64,000 nucleotides of DNA from an uncultured virus (IMG/VR IMGVR_UViG_3300010262_000228) (taxonomy: Duplodnaviria; Heunggongvirae; Uroviricota; Caudoviricetes). Where the stretch lies: the IMG/VR virus record IMGVR_UViG_3300010262_000228; one strand, written 5' to 3'. Positions 48,392 through 57,132 of the stretch are shown in pieces; within the stretch, counting starts at the first letter, position 1, and every line of letters begins with the position of its first letter. A program made the position numbers and the translations under genes. The notes under the pieces are model-generated. The model saw nothing but the letters and a program-made list of their open reading frames with translations, had not been told where the DNA came from and searched no databases.

Positions 48392-48535
48392 ATCATTTTC
48401 CCGGCATCGGGAAAATGATAAGCTCATCCTCAGATTGGCCGTGTGCGATTTTCCTGGCATCAGGAAAATCGCAACAACAGCACTTGTCATATAAAGCAAA
48501 ACTGGACGTTTTCCCGAGGTCAGGAAAACGTCCAG
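48392..48535. repeat. Three palindromes sharing the core TTTTCCYG-N4-CRGGAAAA
   Basis: 48392-48419, 48444-48473, 48502-48535; arms of 12-13 bp. Confidence 0.85.
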
Positions 48536-48541
48536 CATGAT

Positions 48542-49042
48542 TTAGATTTTGACAAGTCCGCTGTTGGAAGGCAGGAAACTGAATACTTCAGGCGGGTTCT
48601 GGCCCCACAGTTTGAGAACATCAAGCTGATGCTTGTTCAATGTGTCCCGGCAATTACTGAGCGCACAGAAATCTCTCTTGAAGTCCTTTGTGCTTTTGCT
48701 CCGAGTCAACTCCGTGATGGTCTTAATATCGGTGCAGCGAACCAGCTCGTCCTCCAGATTTCTTACTTGAGGTAAAAATACAACCTTGGTCTTAGCGCAA
48801 TACTTGCTGACCAGTTCGATATTTTGCTTCAAGTAATCCGTGATTTCCACATCCGTGTCAAAGACGAATACCACAATCGTCCCCGGCTGGATCGTAATCA
48901 ACTGTGAGCGTGGAATCAGGCTGTTAATCACATTCAGGACTTTGACTCTTCCGGCAAGGATTTTTTGCGGGTTCTCTTTCAAAGCGTTTAAGAGTGTGGC
49001 CTCGCACTTTCCTTCGGCGAAATAAATGCAGTTACTCCTCAT
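48542..49042 (-). CDS. TOPRIM-like (RloB/AbiLii-like) protein
   Basis: YFAEGKCE and VFDTD acidic motifs, NLEDEL; coupled to ABC ATPase. Confidence 0.65.
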   Translation of the reverse strand: MRSNCIYFAEGKCEATLLNALKENPQKILAGRVKVLNVINSLIPRSQLITIQPGTIVVFVFDTDVEITDYLKQNIELVSKYCAKTKVVFLPQVRNLEDELVRCTDIKTITELTRSKSTKDFKRDFCALSNCRDTLNKHQLDVLKLWGQNPPEVFSFLPSNSGLVKI

Positions 49043-50138
49043 CAGACCACCCCTTCTCCAAGGTGTTCAGCAGGGAGTCATCAGGCAAAGAAGAGAACAC
49101 ATCATTCTCTACGGCACAACGAACGGAGTCAGTATTTCGCTTAAGGAATTCGGAGGCAAACGCAACTTTAACATACCCTTCGCCATCCACAACGCTCTTA
49201 TGAAGGAAAGCGAAAGAATGCTTCGGAAGGTTGAGATCGAGCATATCTGTGTTATGCGTCGTGAAGATTAATTGCTCATGCTCTTTTAAGTGATCCAACA
49301 TGATTGCGAAGATGCGCTTCTCAATATCCGTTTGGATGTAAGAGAAGTGTTCGTCGCAGTAGTAGAAGCAAGCCGGGCCGGAAAGAATCGAAGCGAGGAA
49401 GATTGCGATGTCTACACCTTCGGCTGTTCCGCTGGAAAGAATCTCTTTGTTCAGGAGCTTACCATCCTGGATGATAATTTCCGCGCCCTTTCGCCGGATA
49501 ATAAAGGAGTCTCGCAGATCCTTGGATTCAGACACATCAGTAAGCGTAGGATCGAGCGTCCCAATTACAGCTTTCAAAGTGCGAAGCAAAGTCTTTTTAT
49601 CAATATCCTGAATCTTCAAAGATGTTTCAATTTCGGGATAAGCAAATCGGTAATTAAGCTCACCAAACACACGCTTCAATGTTTTGGGCTCGTAGTCGAT
49701 TACCAGAAGTCCATCTGCCAACCGTGCAGCGCATTTCTCATAGGTATCTCGCTCACCGATTTCCGTTTGTGCATGAGAAAGCACAATACTATCATTCGCC
49801 GCATCAATCACTGCTGACACGCGGTGTAGTGTATACCCCTCATTTACGAAGTCGATAGTAAAGTGACCTGCCGTCTTAGCGGGCACCATTTCAAACAGAA
49901 GCGCCGTGTTTCCAGATCCGAGGAACTTGAACATTCTGAGCAAGGATTTGCCCAGGCTGGTCTTGCCAGTGGCGTTCGCGCCCATGAGAATAACAGCCTT
50001 CTTGTACCGGAAGAAAGGGCGACCAGGCAGATGCTCATCCTCAATGAGTGAGTTTACGATTTTTTTAGGATAAGAGAAATTGATTTCGAAATCTGTAAAG
50101 CCATAGATGTTTTTCAGGCTTAGATTCATCACAACCAT
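49032..50138 (-). CDS. ABC-type AAA_21 ATPase (RloA/AbiLi-like)
   Basis: GANATGKT, LSSGT signature, YCDE Walker B, IFTTH. Confidence 0.85.
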   Translation of the reverse strand: MVVMNLSLKNIYGFTDFEINFSYPKKIVNSLIEDEHLPGRPFFRYKKAVILMGANATGKTSLGKSLLRMFKFLGSGNTALLFEMVPAKTAGHFTIDFVNEGYTLHRVSAVIDAANDSIVLSHAQTEIGERDTYEKCAARLADGLLVIDYEPKTLKRVFGELNYRFAYPEIETSLKIQDIDKKTLLRTLKAVIGTLDPTLTDVSESKDLRDSFIIRRKGAEIIIQDGKLLNKEILSSGTAEGVDIAIFLASILSGPACFYYCDEHFSYIQTDIEKRIFAIMLDHLKEHEQLIFTTHNTDMLDLNLPKHSFAFLHKSVVDGEGYVKVAFASEFLKRNTDSVRCAVENDVFSSLPDDSLLNTLEKGWSDEE

Positions 50139-50240
50139 GAGCGGTTCCTCCGTTCTCTGTTAGTTCGTCATTTACGAACTAATGATAACATAGACTCTTG
50201 CCTTTTGCAATAGGTCAATCGTGTCGAATTTTGAGTTAAC

Positions 50241-50282
50241 CCCTATTTTTAACCCCTGCGGCGTCAGAGGCTAAAAATAGGG
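50241..50282. promoter_or_regulatory. Inverted repeat upstream of recombinase operon
   Basis: CCCTATTTTTA-N20-TAAAAATAGGG. Confidence 0.5.
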
Positions 50283-50304
50283 ATTAAATGAAAGGAGTCA
50301 TTCC

Positions 50305-50463
50305 ATGATAGCAGAAGCCCAGACCAAAAGTGCTAATTTCCTTCGCATTGTGAGCATCTTGAGAAGGCTCCGCAACGAGGGAACGATCACTGTTAAAGAA
50401 TATGATAGGGCAAAGAAATACTACCAGCAGCTCACCGGTGCTGATATCATTTTGGCCGATTAA
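50305..50463 (+). CDS. 52-aa SHOCT-like protein preceding recombinases (not in ORF track)
   Basis: AAAGGAG RBS; LRRLRNEGTITVKEYDRAK. Confidence 0.7.
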   Translation: MIAEAQTKSANFLRIVSILRRLRNEGTITVKEYDRAKKYYQQLTGADIILAD

Positions 50464-50578
50464 AGAGCAGATATTTCGTTGGTTTTGCCACATCAATTTC
50501 ACTCGCTTTATTTTTCTTTATAGATATAATGTCTGTTAATACCTGAAGCGTAACAATGAAAAGAAAGGAGTTCAGACC

Positions 50579-52120
50579 ATGGGAAAGGCAAAACTCATCT
50601 CCCCCGTCAGCGGGAAAATGATACCCAAGAAAAAGGTCGCCGCGTACTGCCGCGTATCTTCCAACTCTGCTGATCAGTTGAACTCCTACGCTAACCAGAT
50701 CAAGGTATACACCAGACTTATCCGTGATAACCCTGCATGGGATATGGTGGAAATTTTCGCAGATGAAGGTCTCAGCGGAATGAAGGCAGACAACCGTGCC
50801 GAGTTCCAACGGATGATCCAGATGTGCGAAACGAAGCAAATCGACCTTATCGTGACTAAGTCAATCTCCCGCTTCGCAAGAAATGTAAAAGAGGCACTGG
50901 CCTATGTCCGCAAGCTAAAGCTGATGGGAATTGGTGTCCAATTCGAGAAAGAGGGCATCAACACCCTGGCCCTTGGCGATGAAATGTTGCTCAGTACCTT
51001 TACTGCCATCGCACAGGAGGAATCCAAAGCCATCTCACAGCATCAACGGCTCTCTATCGTGAAGAGAATGGATGCTGGCGAGTATGTGGACAGCAATGCT
51101 CCCTATGGATTCCGCCTCGTTAACAAAGCACTCGCTGTGTATGAGCCGGAAGCGGAAATCGTGCGCTGGATATATAACGCATATCTCAATGGCTGGTCTA
51201 CTTCTGAAATTGCGAGAGATCTGACTCAGAGAGGTATCCCGACCAAAACTGGAAAGAGCAAGTGGACATCCTCCCGAGTGGCATTCATCCTTACGAATGA
51301 GCGATACAAGGGAGATTGCAAATACCAAAAGACCTATCGTGATACAACTGTTCCCTTCCGTCAGTATAAGAACCGTGGACAGGAGGACATGTACTATGCC
51401 ACTGGTACCCATACGCCCCTTCTCGATGCCGAAATCTTCGAGAAGGTGCAGGTGCTGATGCAGCAGAGAAAACAGCAATTCGCTAAAACTGAAACTCAAA
51501 ATATCTATCCGCTGACAAGCCGCATTCGGTGTTCCGAATGCGGCTCTTTCTATCGCCGGAAGATACAGAACGGCACAATCAAGTGGGTCTGTGCAAACCA
51601 TCTCAACGACACCCACTCCTGTGATTCCTTCTACTACAGTGAGGCGCGAATCTACGATGCCTTCATCACCATGGTCAATAAGCTGCGCTTCTGCGAGGAA
51701 GATATTCTGGGTCTTATCATCTCCAAGCTGGACTACGCAGCCGTCGAGTACAAAAGAAACAATCGTGAAGCAACACAGTTAAGCCAAAGCATAGCGGAAC
51801 TGAACGCAAAACTCCTTATGCTGGAGCAGCTCCGAGCCAAGAACTATCTTGCCTTGGATGTCTACCAGAGTCAGGCATTGCAACTCCGAAATGAGATAAA
51901 CAAGCACAAGGAAGAGCGTAGCCGAGCGTTCGAGTCCCCAATGCTGAAGATGCTGGAAGAAGTAAAGAAGCTGAAAGCTCTTCTGGATGAAATGGAAGAG
52001 CCGCTAGAAGAATTCAACGAAAAGCTGTTTCAGGAACTGATTCTGGAAATCACGGTAAACAACCGTGACGAAATGACCTTCACCGTACTTGGTGGCCTGA
52101 AGTTCACGGAACTGCTGTAG
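50579..52120 (+). CDS. Large serine recombinase
   Basis: AYCRVSS, DEGLSG, TKSISRFARN, recombinase domain, CSEC zinc ribbon. Confidence 0.92.
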   Translation: MGKAKLISPVSGKMIPKKKVAAYCRVSSNSADQLNSYANQIKVYTRLIRDNPAWDMVEIFADEGLSGMKADNRAEFQRMIQMCETKQIDLIVTKSISRFARNVKEALAYVRKLKLMGIGVQFEKEGINTLALGDEMLLSTFTAIAQEESKAISQHQRLSIVKRMDAGEYVDSNAPYGFRLVNKALAVYEPEAEIVRWIYNAYLNGWSTSEIARDLTQRGIPTKTGKSKWTSSRVAFILTNERYKGDCKYQKTYRDTTVPFRQYKNRGQEDMYYATGTHTPLLDAEIFEKVQVLMQQRKQQFAKTETQNIYPLTSRIRCSECGSFYRRKIQNGTIKWVCANHLNDTHSCDSFYYSEARIYDAFITMVNKLRFCEEDILGLIISKLDYAAVEYKRNNREATQLSQSIAELNAKLLMLEQLRAKNYLALDVYQSQALQLRNEINKHKEERSRAFESPMLKMLEEVKKLKALLDEMEEPLEEFNEKLFQELILEITVNNRDEMTFTVLGGLKFTELL

Positions 52121-52129
52121 GAGGAAGCG

Positions 52130-53041
52130 ATGAAAAAGATACGCTATGTTCCATACGGATACACCATAAGAGATGGCCATACAGTCATCGAACACAGCGA
52201 AGCCGATATCATTCGTCAGATCTTCGAGGTGTATATCAACGGTGCCTCCCTCAAGGAGATTGCCGACGACCTTACCCGTAGGAAGATTCCTTACACAGAA
52301 AAGACGGATGTATGGGACAAGGCACGTATCGCCCGAATCATTGACAATGCACGCTACATAGGTGCTGACAGCTATGACCCCATTATCGATGAAAACACCT
52401 ACGAAGAGGCATCGGCTGTAAAGAGTGCTCGACAGAGGAATATCGTCACTCAAGAGTGCGAGGGCATCAAACTTCTACGCAACCGTGTCCGCTGTGCCAA
52501 GTGCGGCGCACCAATGACACGCCGAATCTGCTCAAAACGGCAAACAAAAGAGAGTTGGACTTGCACCAATGATGAGTGTGGGTGCAGGCTCCGCATCAGC
52601 GACACGGAGCTTCTCTTGAAAATCAACCTGATTATGAACCGCATTATAGAGAACAGCCAGTTGGTCATCCCAAAACGGAGAGCCAAAAAGCAGGATTCGC
52701 CAACAGTAGCCAGCTTGCAGGCAGAAATTCAGAAGGAATTGAGTTCAGGCCAGCCGAGCGAAACACTGATCATCTCCAAATTAGGCGAGATTGCCTCCCA
52801 ACTTTATCGGGAAACCAATGAGAAGGAGCGCATCGCCGCACAAATCCTCAAAAAGAGAATCCTGCTTATGAAGCCACAGGAGAACTTCAACTGCGACTAC
52901 TTCGCCGACCTAATTGACATTGTATATCTGGACTGCACCACTGGTGAAGTTCAGCTCCAAACGAAAACATCAACCATCATAGGAGGGGTGAACAGCGATG
53001 GAGGTAAAGAAAATCCCGAAGAGAACCGTCACGCTGATTGA
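52130..53041 (+). CDS. Recombinase-domain protein lacking the catalytic resolvase domain
   Basis: Begins at PYGY recombinase domain; CAKC zinc ribbon; no YxRVS. Confidence 0.85.
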   Translation: MKKIRYVPYGYTIRDGHTVIEHSEADIIRQIFEVYINGASLKEIADDLTRRKIPYTEKTDVWDKARIARIIDNARYIGADSYDPIIDENTYEEASAVKSARQRNIVTQECEGIKLLRNRVRCAKCGAPMTRRICSKRQTKESWTCTNDECGCRLRISDTELLLKINLIMNRIIENSQLVIPKRRAKKQDSPTVASLQAEIQKELSSGQPSETLIISKLGEIASQLYRETNEKERIAAQILKKRILLMKPQENFNCDYFADLIDIVYLDCTTGEVQLQTKTSTIIGGVNSDGGKENPEENRHAD

Positions 53042-54629
53042 GCCTAAACGCTCTATCCTTGTCGACAAAGGGAAGTACGACCAGAAGCGTGTTGCCGCCT
53101 ACTGCCGTGTATCGACAGACAGCGAAGAACAGCTTACTTCCTACGAAAACCAGATGAAAGCCTACACTGAGATGATAGGCAGGCGTACAGATTGGCAGTT
53201 TGCGGGTATGTACGCTGATGAGGGCATCTCAGGCACTCGTGCAGATATGCGTCCCAGGTTCACGAAGATGATCGATGACTGCTTGTCCGGCAAAATCGAC
53301 TACATCATCACCAAATCTGTTTCACGCTTCGCTCGAAACACAGTAGATTGTCTGGACACGGTGCGTATGCTCAAAGCCCGAGGGATTGGCGTCTTCTTCG
53401 AAGAGCAAAACATCGACACCCTGAAGAGTGACAGTGAACTCTACCTCGTCATCTATGCAGGCTTCGCTCAGTCCGAATCAGAGAGCATCAGCAAGAACAT
53501 TACCTGGACCTATCGGAAAAACTTTGAAGATGGCAAGCCCATATACCGCTATAAGAACTGGCTGGGCTATAAGAAGGGCGAAGATGGCGAACCCGAAATT
53601 GTGCCTGAAGAAGCCGCTATCGTGGAGCGCATCTTCAATATGTTCCTGTCTGGAAGTTCAACTCAGGCAATTGCCAATGCCCTCGCAAGCGAAAACATCG
53701 AAATCCCCGGCAAGAAGTTCGTATTCAGTAATCACATGATTCAAAGCATTCTGCGCAATGAGAAATACTGCGGTGACTGCATCCTTCAGAAGACAGTTAC
53801 GATTGATTGCATCGAAAAGAAAAGGAAGCCCAACGAGGGCGAAGCGCCTATGTACATCGTTGAGAATAGCCATCCGGCAATTATCAGCCGAACGATATTC
53901 AACCGCACACAGGAGGAACTGAGCCGCAGAGGAACGATCAAACCCAAGTCGCAGAAAAATACCTTTACTGCCTCTGGCCATCATTCTAAGTACGCCCTTA
54001 CCGACATCTTGAAATGCGGTGAGTGTGGGACAAGCTATCGCAGAGTGACTTGGACATCGCAAGGAAAACACCGAGTGGTCTGGCGCTGTATCAGCAGACT
54101 GGACTATGGAAAGAAATATTGCACGGATTCCGTCACTGTTCCTGAACCAGCACTGCAGGCCGCAATCGTCCGAGCGCTCAAAAAATTCAATCAGGAGAAC
54201 GAGGCAACATACATTGCTCTGATGAGAGCCACTATCGGCGAAGCCATCGGACTGAATGGAGGATCAGAAGAGATTGACCTGCTGACTCGACGCATCGATG
54301 CACTGAACAAGCGAATGCTGGAACTGGTCAATGATACAGTCAGCAGTGGCGGCGACATGGAAAGCTGTGAAGATGAATTCAAGGAAATCTCAGAACAGAT
54401 CGAGCAACTGAACAGCCGAATCGATGCCATCCGTGCCGCCTACATCAACGACCGCTCCTACGAGGATCGCTTGTCGGAGATTCAGCAGATCATCGATGAA
54501 CGAGCAAATCACGAGGACGAATACGATGATGCCATTGTCCGCCAGATGATTGAGTGCATCAAGGTCTATAAGGGTGGCCGACTTACCGTTATCTTCGGAG
54601 GCGGCTATGAAGTAGAAGAAACTCTGTAA
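52998..54629 (+). CDS. Large serine recombinase
   Basis: AYCRVSTD, DEGISGT, TKSVSRFARN, CGEC zinc ribbon, coiled coil. Confidence 0.92.
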   Translation: MEVKKIPKRTVTLIEPKRSILVDKGKYDQKRVAAYCRVSTDSEEQLTSYENQMKAYTEMIGRRTDWQFAGMYADEGISGTRADMRPRFTKMIDDCLSGKIDYIITKSVSRFARNTVDCLDTVRMLKARGIGVFFEEQNIDTLKSDSELYLVIYAGFAQSESESISKNITWTYRKNFEDGKPIYRYKNWLGYKKGEDGEPEIVPEEAAIVERIFNMFLSGSSTQAIANALASENIEIPGKKFVFSNHMIQSILRNEKYCGDCILQKTVTIDCIEKKRKPNEGEAPMYIVENSHPAIISRTIFNRTQEELSRRGTIKPKSQKNTFTASGHHSKYALTDILKCGECGTSYRRVTWTSQGKHRVVWRCISRLDYGKKYCTDSVTVPEPALQAAIVRALKKFNQENEATYIALMRATIGEAIGLNGGSEEIDLLTRRIDALNKRMLELVNDTVSSGGDMESCEDEFKEISEQIEQLNSRIDAIRAAYINDRSYEDRLSEIQQIIDERANHEDEYDDAIVRQMIECIKVYKGGRLTVIFGGGYEVEETL

Positions 54630-54791
54630 TACGCAGCTTTAGTATGTAAAAGAAATCCGACAATACGCAGGTTTGAAGTGATGTTTCCCCCTTTACCATC
54701 AGCACTGGCGATTAAACCAGCGGTTCAATGACATTGCTTACAAAGTGGATTATCATAAACTCAACACGAAATGAAAGCGAGGAGTAACGCC

Positions 54792-55442
54792 ATGAATTTG
54801 AAAGAAGCCTTTCGATTCCAAAATAAAATCCAGTCTCTGATGACGGAGGCTGATGGAATCCTGAGCCGGGAACAGAACATTACCAAGGTGCAAAACACCT
54901 ATCTTCGCAAAAAGGTAATGGCAGAGGCCGAGGACGAAACCACCATTGATGCGCCCAACACCGAGTACAGCGGCAGAATCACTGAAATGGCGATGTTCCT
55001 GCTCCACCTGCTCGACGAGCGAGAGAAGCTCAGTAGCGCAATTCACAAGGCCAAGGCTGGCCTGGATTTGCCTGCCGGTCTGGATGGCGAAGTCAGCCTG
55101 AATTCCAAGCGCCAGGAGATTGCGGGAACACTGCGCCGCATGGCAGCGCTGCGCAGCTCCGAGGTGGTCATCCCCAATGGCGGTACCGGCTATCGCTTTA
55201 ATAACGAGGGCAATCAGGTGTCCTACCGCTGTGATGTGAAGCGGGTGACCACCATTGACTTTGACCGCAACAAGATTCGGAAACTCTGTGCTGACCTGAG
55301 TAAGAAGTCCGATGAGATGTCTGCGGCGCTGGATATGGCGCTCATCAACACGGTCGTGGAATATGAGCAGCCCTTCGATGTCAATGACACCTTTGCGGAT
55401 ATCTTCGAGACCTTTGCTCCTGCGGAGGCAACCGAAGCATAA
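54792..55442 (+). CDS. Hypothetical helical protein (MNLKEAFRFQN...)
   Basis: GAGGAG RBS before ATG 54792; helical segments flanking GYRFNNEGNQVSY. Confidence 0.8.
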   Translation: MNLKEAFRFQNKIQSLMTEADGILSREQNITKVQNTYLRKKVMAEAEDETTIDAPNTEYSGRITEMAMFLLHLLDEREKLSSAIHKAKAGLDLPAGLDGEVSLNSKRQEIAGTLRRMAALRSSEVVIPNGGTGYRFNNEGNQVSYRCDVKRVTTIDFDRNKIRKLCADLSKKSDEMSAALDMALINTVVEYEQPFDVNDTFADIFETFAPAEATEA

Positions 55443-55468
55443 AGAAGCCCATGGCCTGTATCAGCCAT

Positions 55469-55852
55469 GGGGGATGCGGCAGGATAAGAGATCGTGGAGA
55501 TCGGTTCAGATGCAGACGAACTATAGTGCTGCATGATTCAAGATCAAACATCTACATAGATGATAAAAAGGACAATTGCTGTCTTTTGGGGAAAGGTTAG
55601 CAATCACCGCTTCGTCCATCGTTCTATCGATGTTTCATCATACGCACTTGCGTCAACTCTTTCTACCACCCATACTCCCTTACATCTCCATTCTGAAAAT
55701 AATGAGCGCCGGAATTCCGGAAGAGCCACTAACTGCTATGTGCCACCTGGCACAACAACGCCGCAATGATGGATTGCCGATATTTCGGTATCGAGCGACT
55801 ATCCGAACGGCAAAAATGGTCTAAGCTATCTTGGACTTCTGCCGTATCCCCC
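55469..55852 (+). ncRNA. Candidate 384-nt structured RNA
   Basis: Ends pair over 16 bp (55469-55484 / 55837-55852, two G-U); several internal hairpins; G-poor quasi-periodic centre. Confidence 0.55.
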
Positions 55853-56168
55853 AGAGCTGATACATTACACCCATAAAATGAGGTGAGCAGCAGGCTCTGG
55901 CCTGCTGCTCATTTACGATTATATTCAATTTTGGTTTTGCTGAAACAAGGATCTCCTCCATAGGAACATCCAGCAAAGCACCGAGAGCGTACAGGTTGTC
56001 AACGGTCGGCAGGCTCTTTCCACGCTGCCACTTGTAGATTGCTTGCGGTTCTTCAAAGCCGAAATAGGCTTGCAGATCCCGGACAGAAAGACCGCGTTCC
56101 TGGCGCAGACGCACGATGTTCTCGCCGGTGGCAACAGGGTCGATGACCGGAAATTGCTTGTAGGTCAT
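55821..56168 (-). CDS. XRE-family HTH regulator
   Basis: TGENI..LR..RGLSV.DLQ.YFGF..PQAIYKWQ.G..LP; GGAGG RBS before MTYKQ. Confidence 0.85.
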   Translation of the reverse strand: MTYKQFPVIDPVATGENIVRLRQERGLSVRDLQAYFGFEEPQAIYKWQRGKSLPTVDNLYALGALLDVPMEEILVSAKPKLNIIVNEQQARACCSPHFMGVMYQLWGIRQKSKIA

Positions 56169-56289
56169 GGCAATCGCCTCCAAATAAGTATTTCCCAAAA
56201 GGGAGTACCTCAGAATAAACGATAACCGGCGAAAAAGCAAGAGCAAAACAGAAATTGTAATAAGAATGATACATAACCGGAGGTGCTTC

Positions 56290-56664
56290 GTGAATCAGGA
56301 CTATAACCGTGACTGCTGTTGGACATTGGAACGCTTCTCTCTTCTCTATAATCACTTTGCCATTATTGATACTGACGAGTACCTGGCCGATTCGCTCTTT
56401 GTTCGACACAAGGTTCGAGTCTGGTTCAGCGCTGAGTTTGGCAAAGATGATAGCCCCTACCGAGTGATCATGTGTAAATGCAGAAAGAAAGATACGCCAA
56501 AGTTTCTGAGCGCCATTAAGGAGTTGCCCAATAAGATGCTTCTGTGCGGATATCAGGATTACCTGACTTTCTGCGCAGAACTTAGAAACAAGTTGGAAAC
56601 TGCGAAAGCAAATGGAGGTGTTGATCGCTATGCGCCGAATGGTTCCGCTCTCCAAACAAAGTAA
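56290..56664 (+). CDS. Hypothetical protein
   Basis: GGAGG RBS before GTG 56290. Confidence 0.65.
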   Translation: MNQDYNRDCCWTLERFSLLYNHFAIIDTDEYLADSLFVRHKVRVWFSAEFGKDDSPYRVIMCKCRKKDTPKFLSAIKELPNKMLLCGYQDYLTFCAELRNKLETAKANGGVDRYAPNGSALQTK

Positions 56665-56794
56665 GAAAGCCCAGAAGGAGTTTCATAACAAACAGCGCGG
56701 GTCATGGAACGGCATTTCGCCTGTGACTCGTGTCGTGCCGAATGGGAGGGCCTATGACAGAAATCGAATTAAACGAGAGACTCGCACAGATTGA
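56630..56794 (+). CDS. Small basic hypothetical protein
   Basis: GGAGG RBS; SKK.QKE....RG.W..I.PVTRV....AYDR. Confidence 0.6.
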   Translation: MRRMVPLSKQSKKAQKEFHNKQRGSWNGISPVTRVVPNGRAYDRNRIKRETRTD

Positions 56795-57116
56795 GGAGCA
56801 GCGCCTTGCATCTCTTCCCCCTGTATCCAAGCGTCGGACCGGACAGGCATATCGTCGGCGAATGCATATCAAGAAAAACGATGACCTTCTGAAAATCGTA
56901 ACAAGGCAATATGCGCCTCATGCCGGATATGTAGACTGGGGCTTTGATGGCCGCACGTTGCTTCACAGTGGCAAGTACATCAAGTATAAGAAGAACAGCA
57001 ACTGCCAGCGGTGGATGAAGCGAGAAACCAGTCGAAAATTCAGGCGACGGTTAGACTTGCCCCGCAAGGGCAATGCTTACCGCCGCCTGTTTGATTATTG
57101 GTGGACACTATATTGA
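56754..57116 (+). CDS. Basic hypothetical protein
   Basis: GGAGG RBS; R/K rich; ends YRRLFDYWWTLY. Confidence 0.6.
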   Translation: MTEIELNERLAQIEEQRLASLPPVSKRRTGQAYRRRMHIKKNDDLLKIVTRQYAPHAGYVDWGFDGRTLLHSGKYIKYKKNSNCQRWMKRETSRKFRRRLDLPRKGNAYRRLFDYWWTLY

Positions 57117-57132
57117 GCCTGGAAAGGACGGC

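Larger units (their letters stand above)
1..54629. mobile_element. Integrative conjugative element with serine recombinase triplet; left end outside window, right end probably shortly after 54629
   Basis: VirB4, VirD4, relaxase, cell-wall hydrolase, anti-restriction-like genes and a terminal triplet of serine recombinases in one continuous backbone. Confidence 0.85.

Noticed and set aside
48392..48535. CRISPR array
   Set aside because: Only three non-identical units with differing outer arms, and no cas genes in the window.
55560..55824. Two small plus-strand ORFs inside the candidate RNA
   Set aside because: No RBS or motifs; the pairing pattern is better explained as RNA structure.
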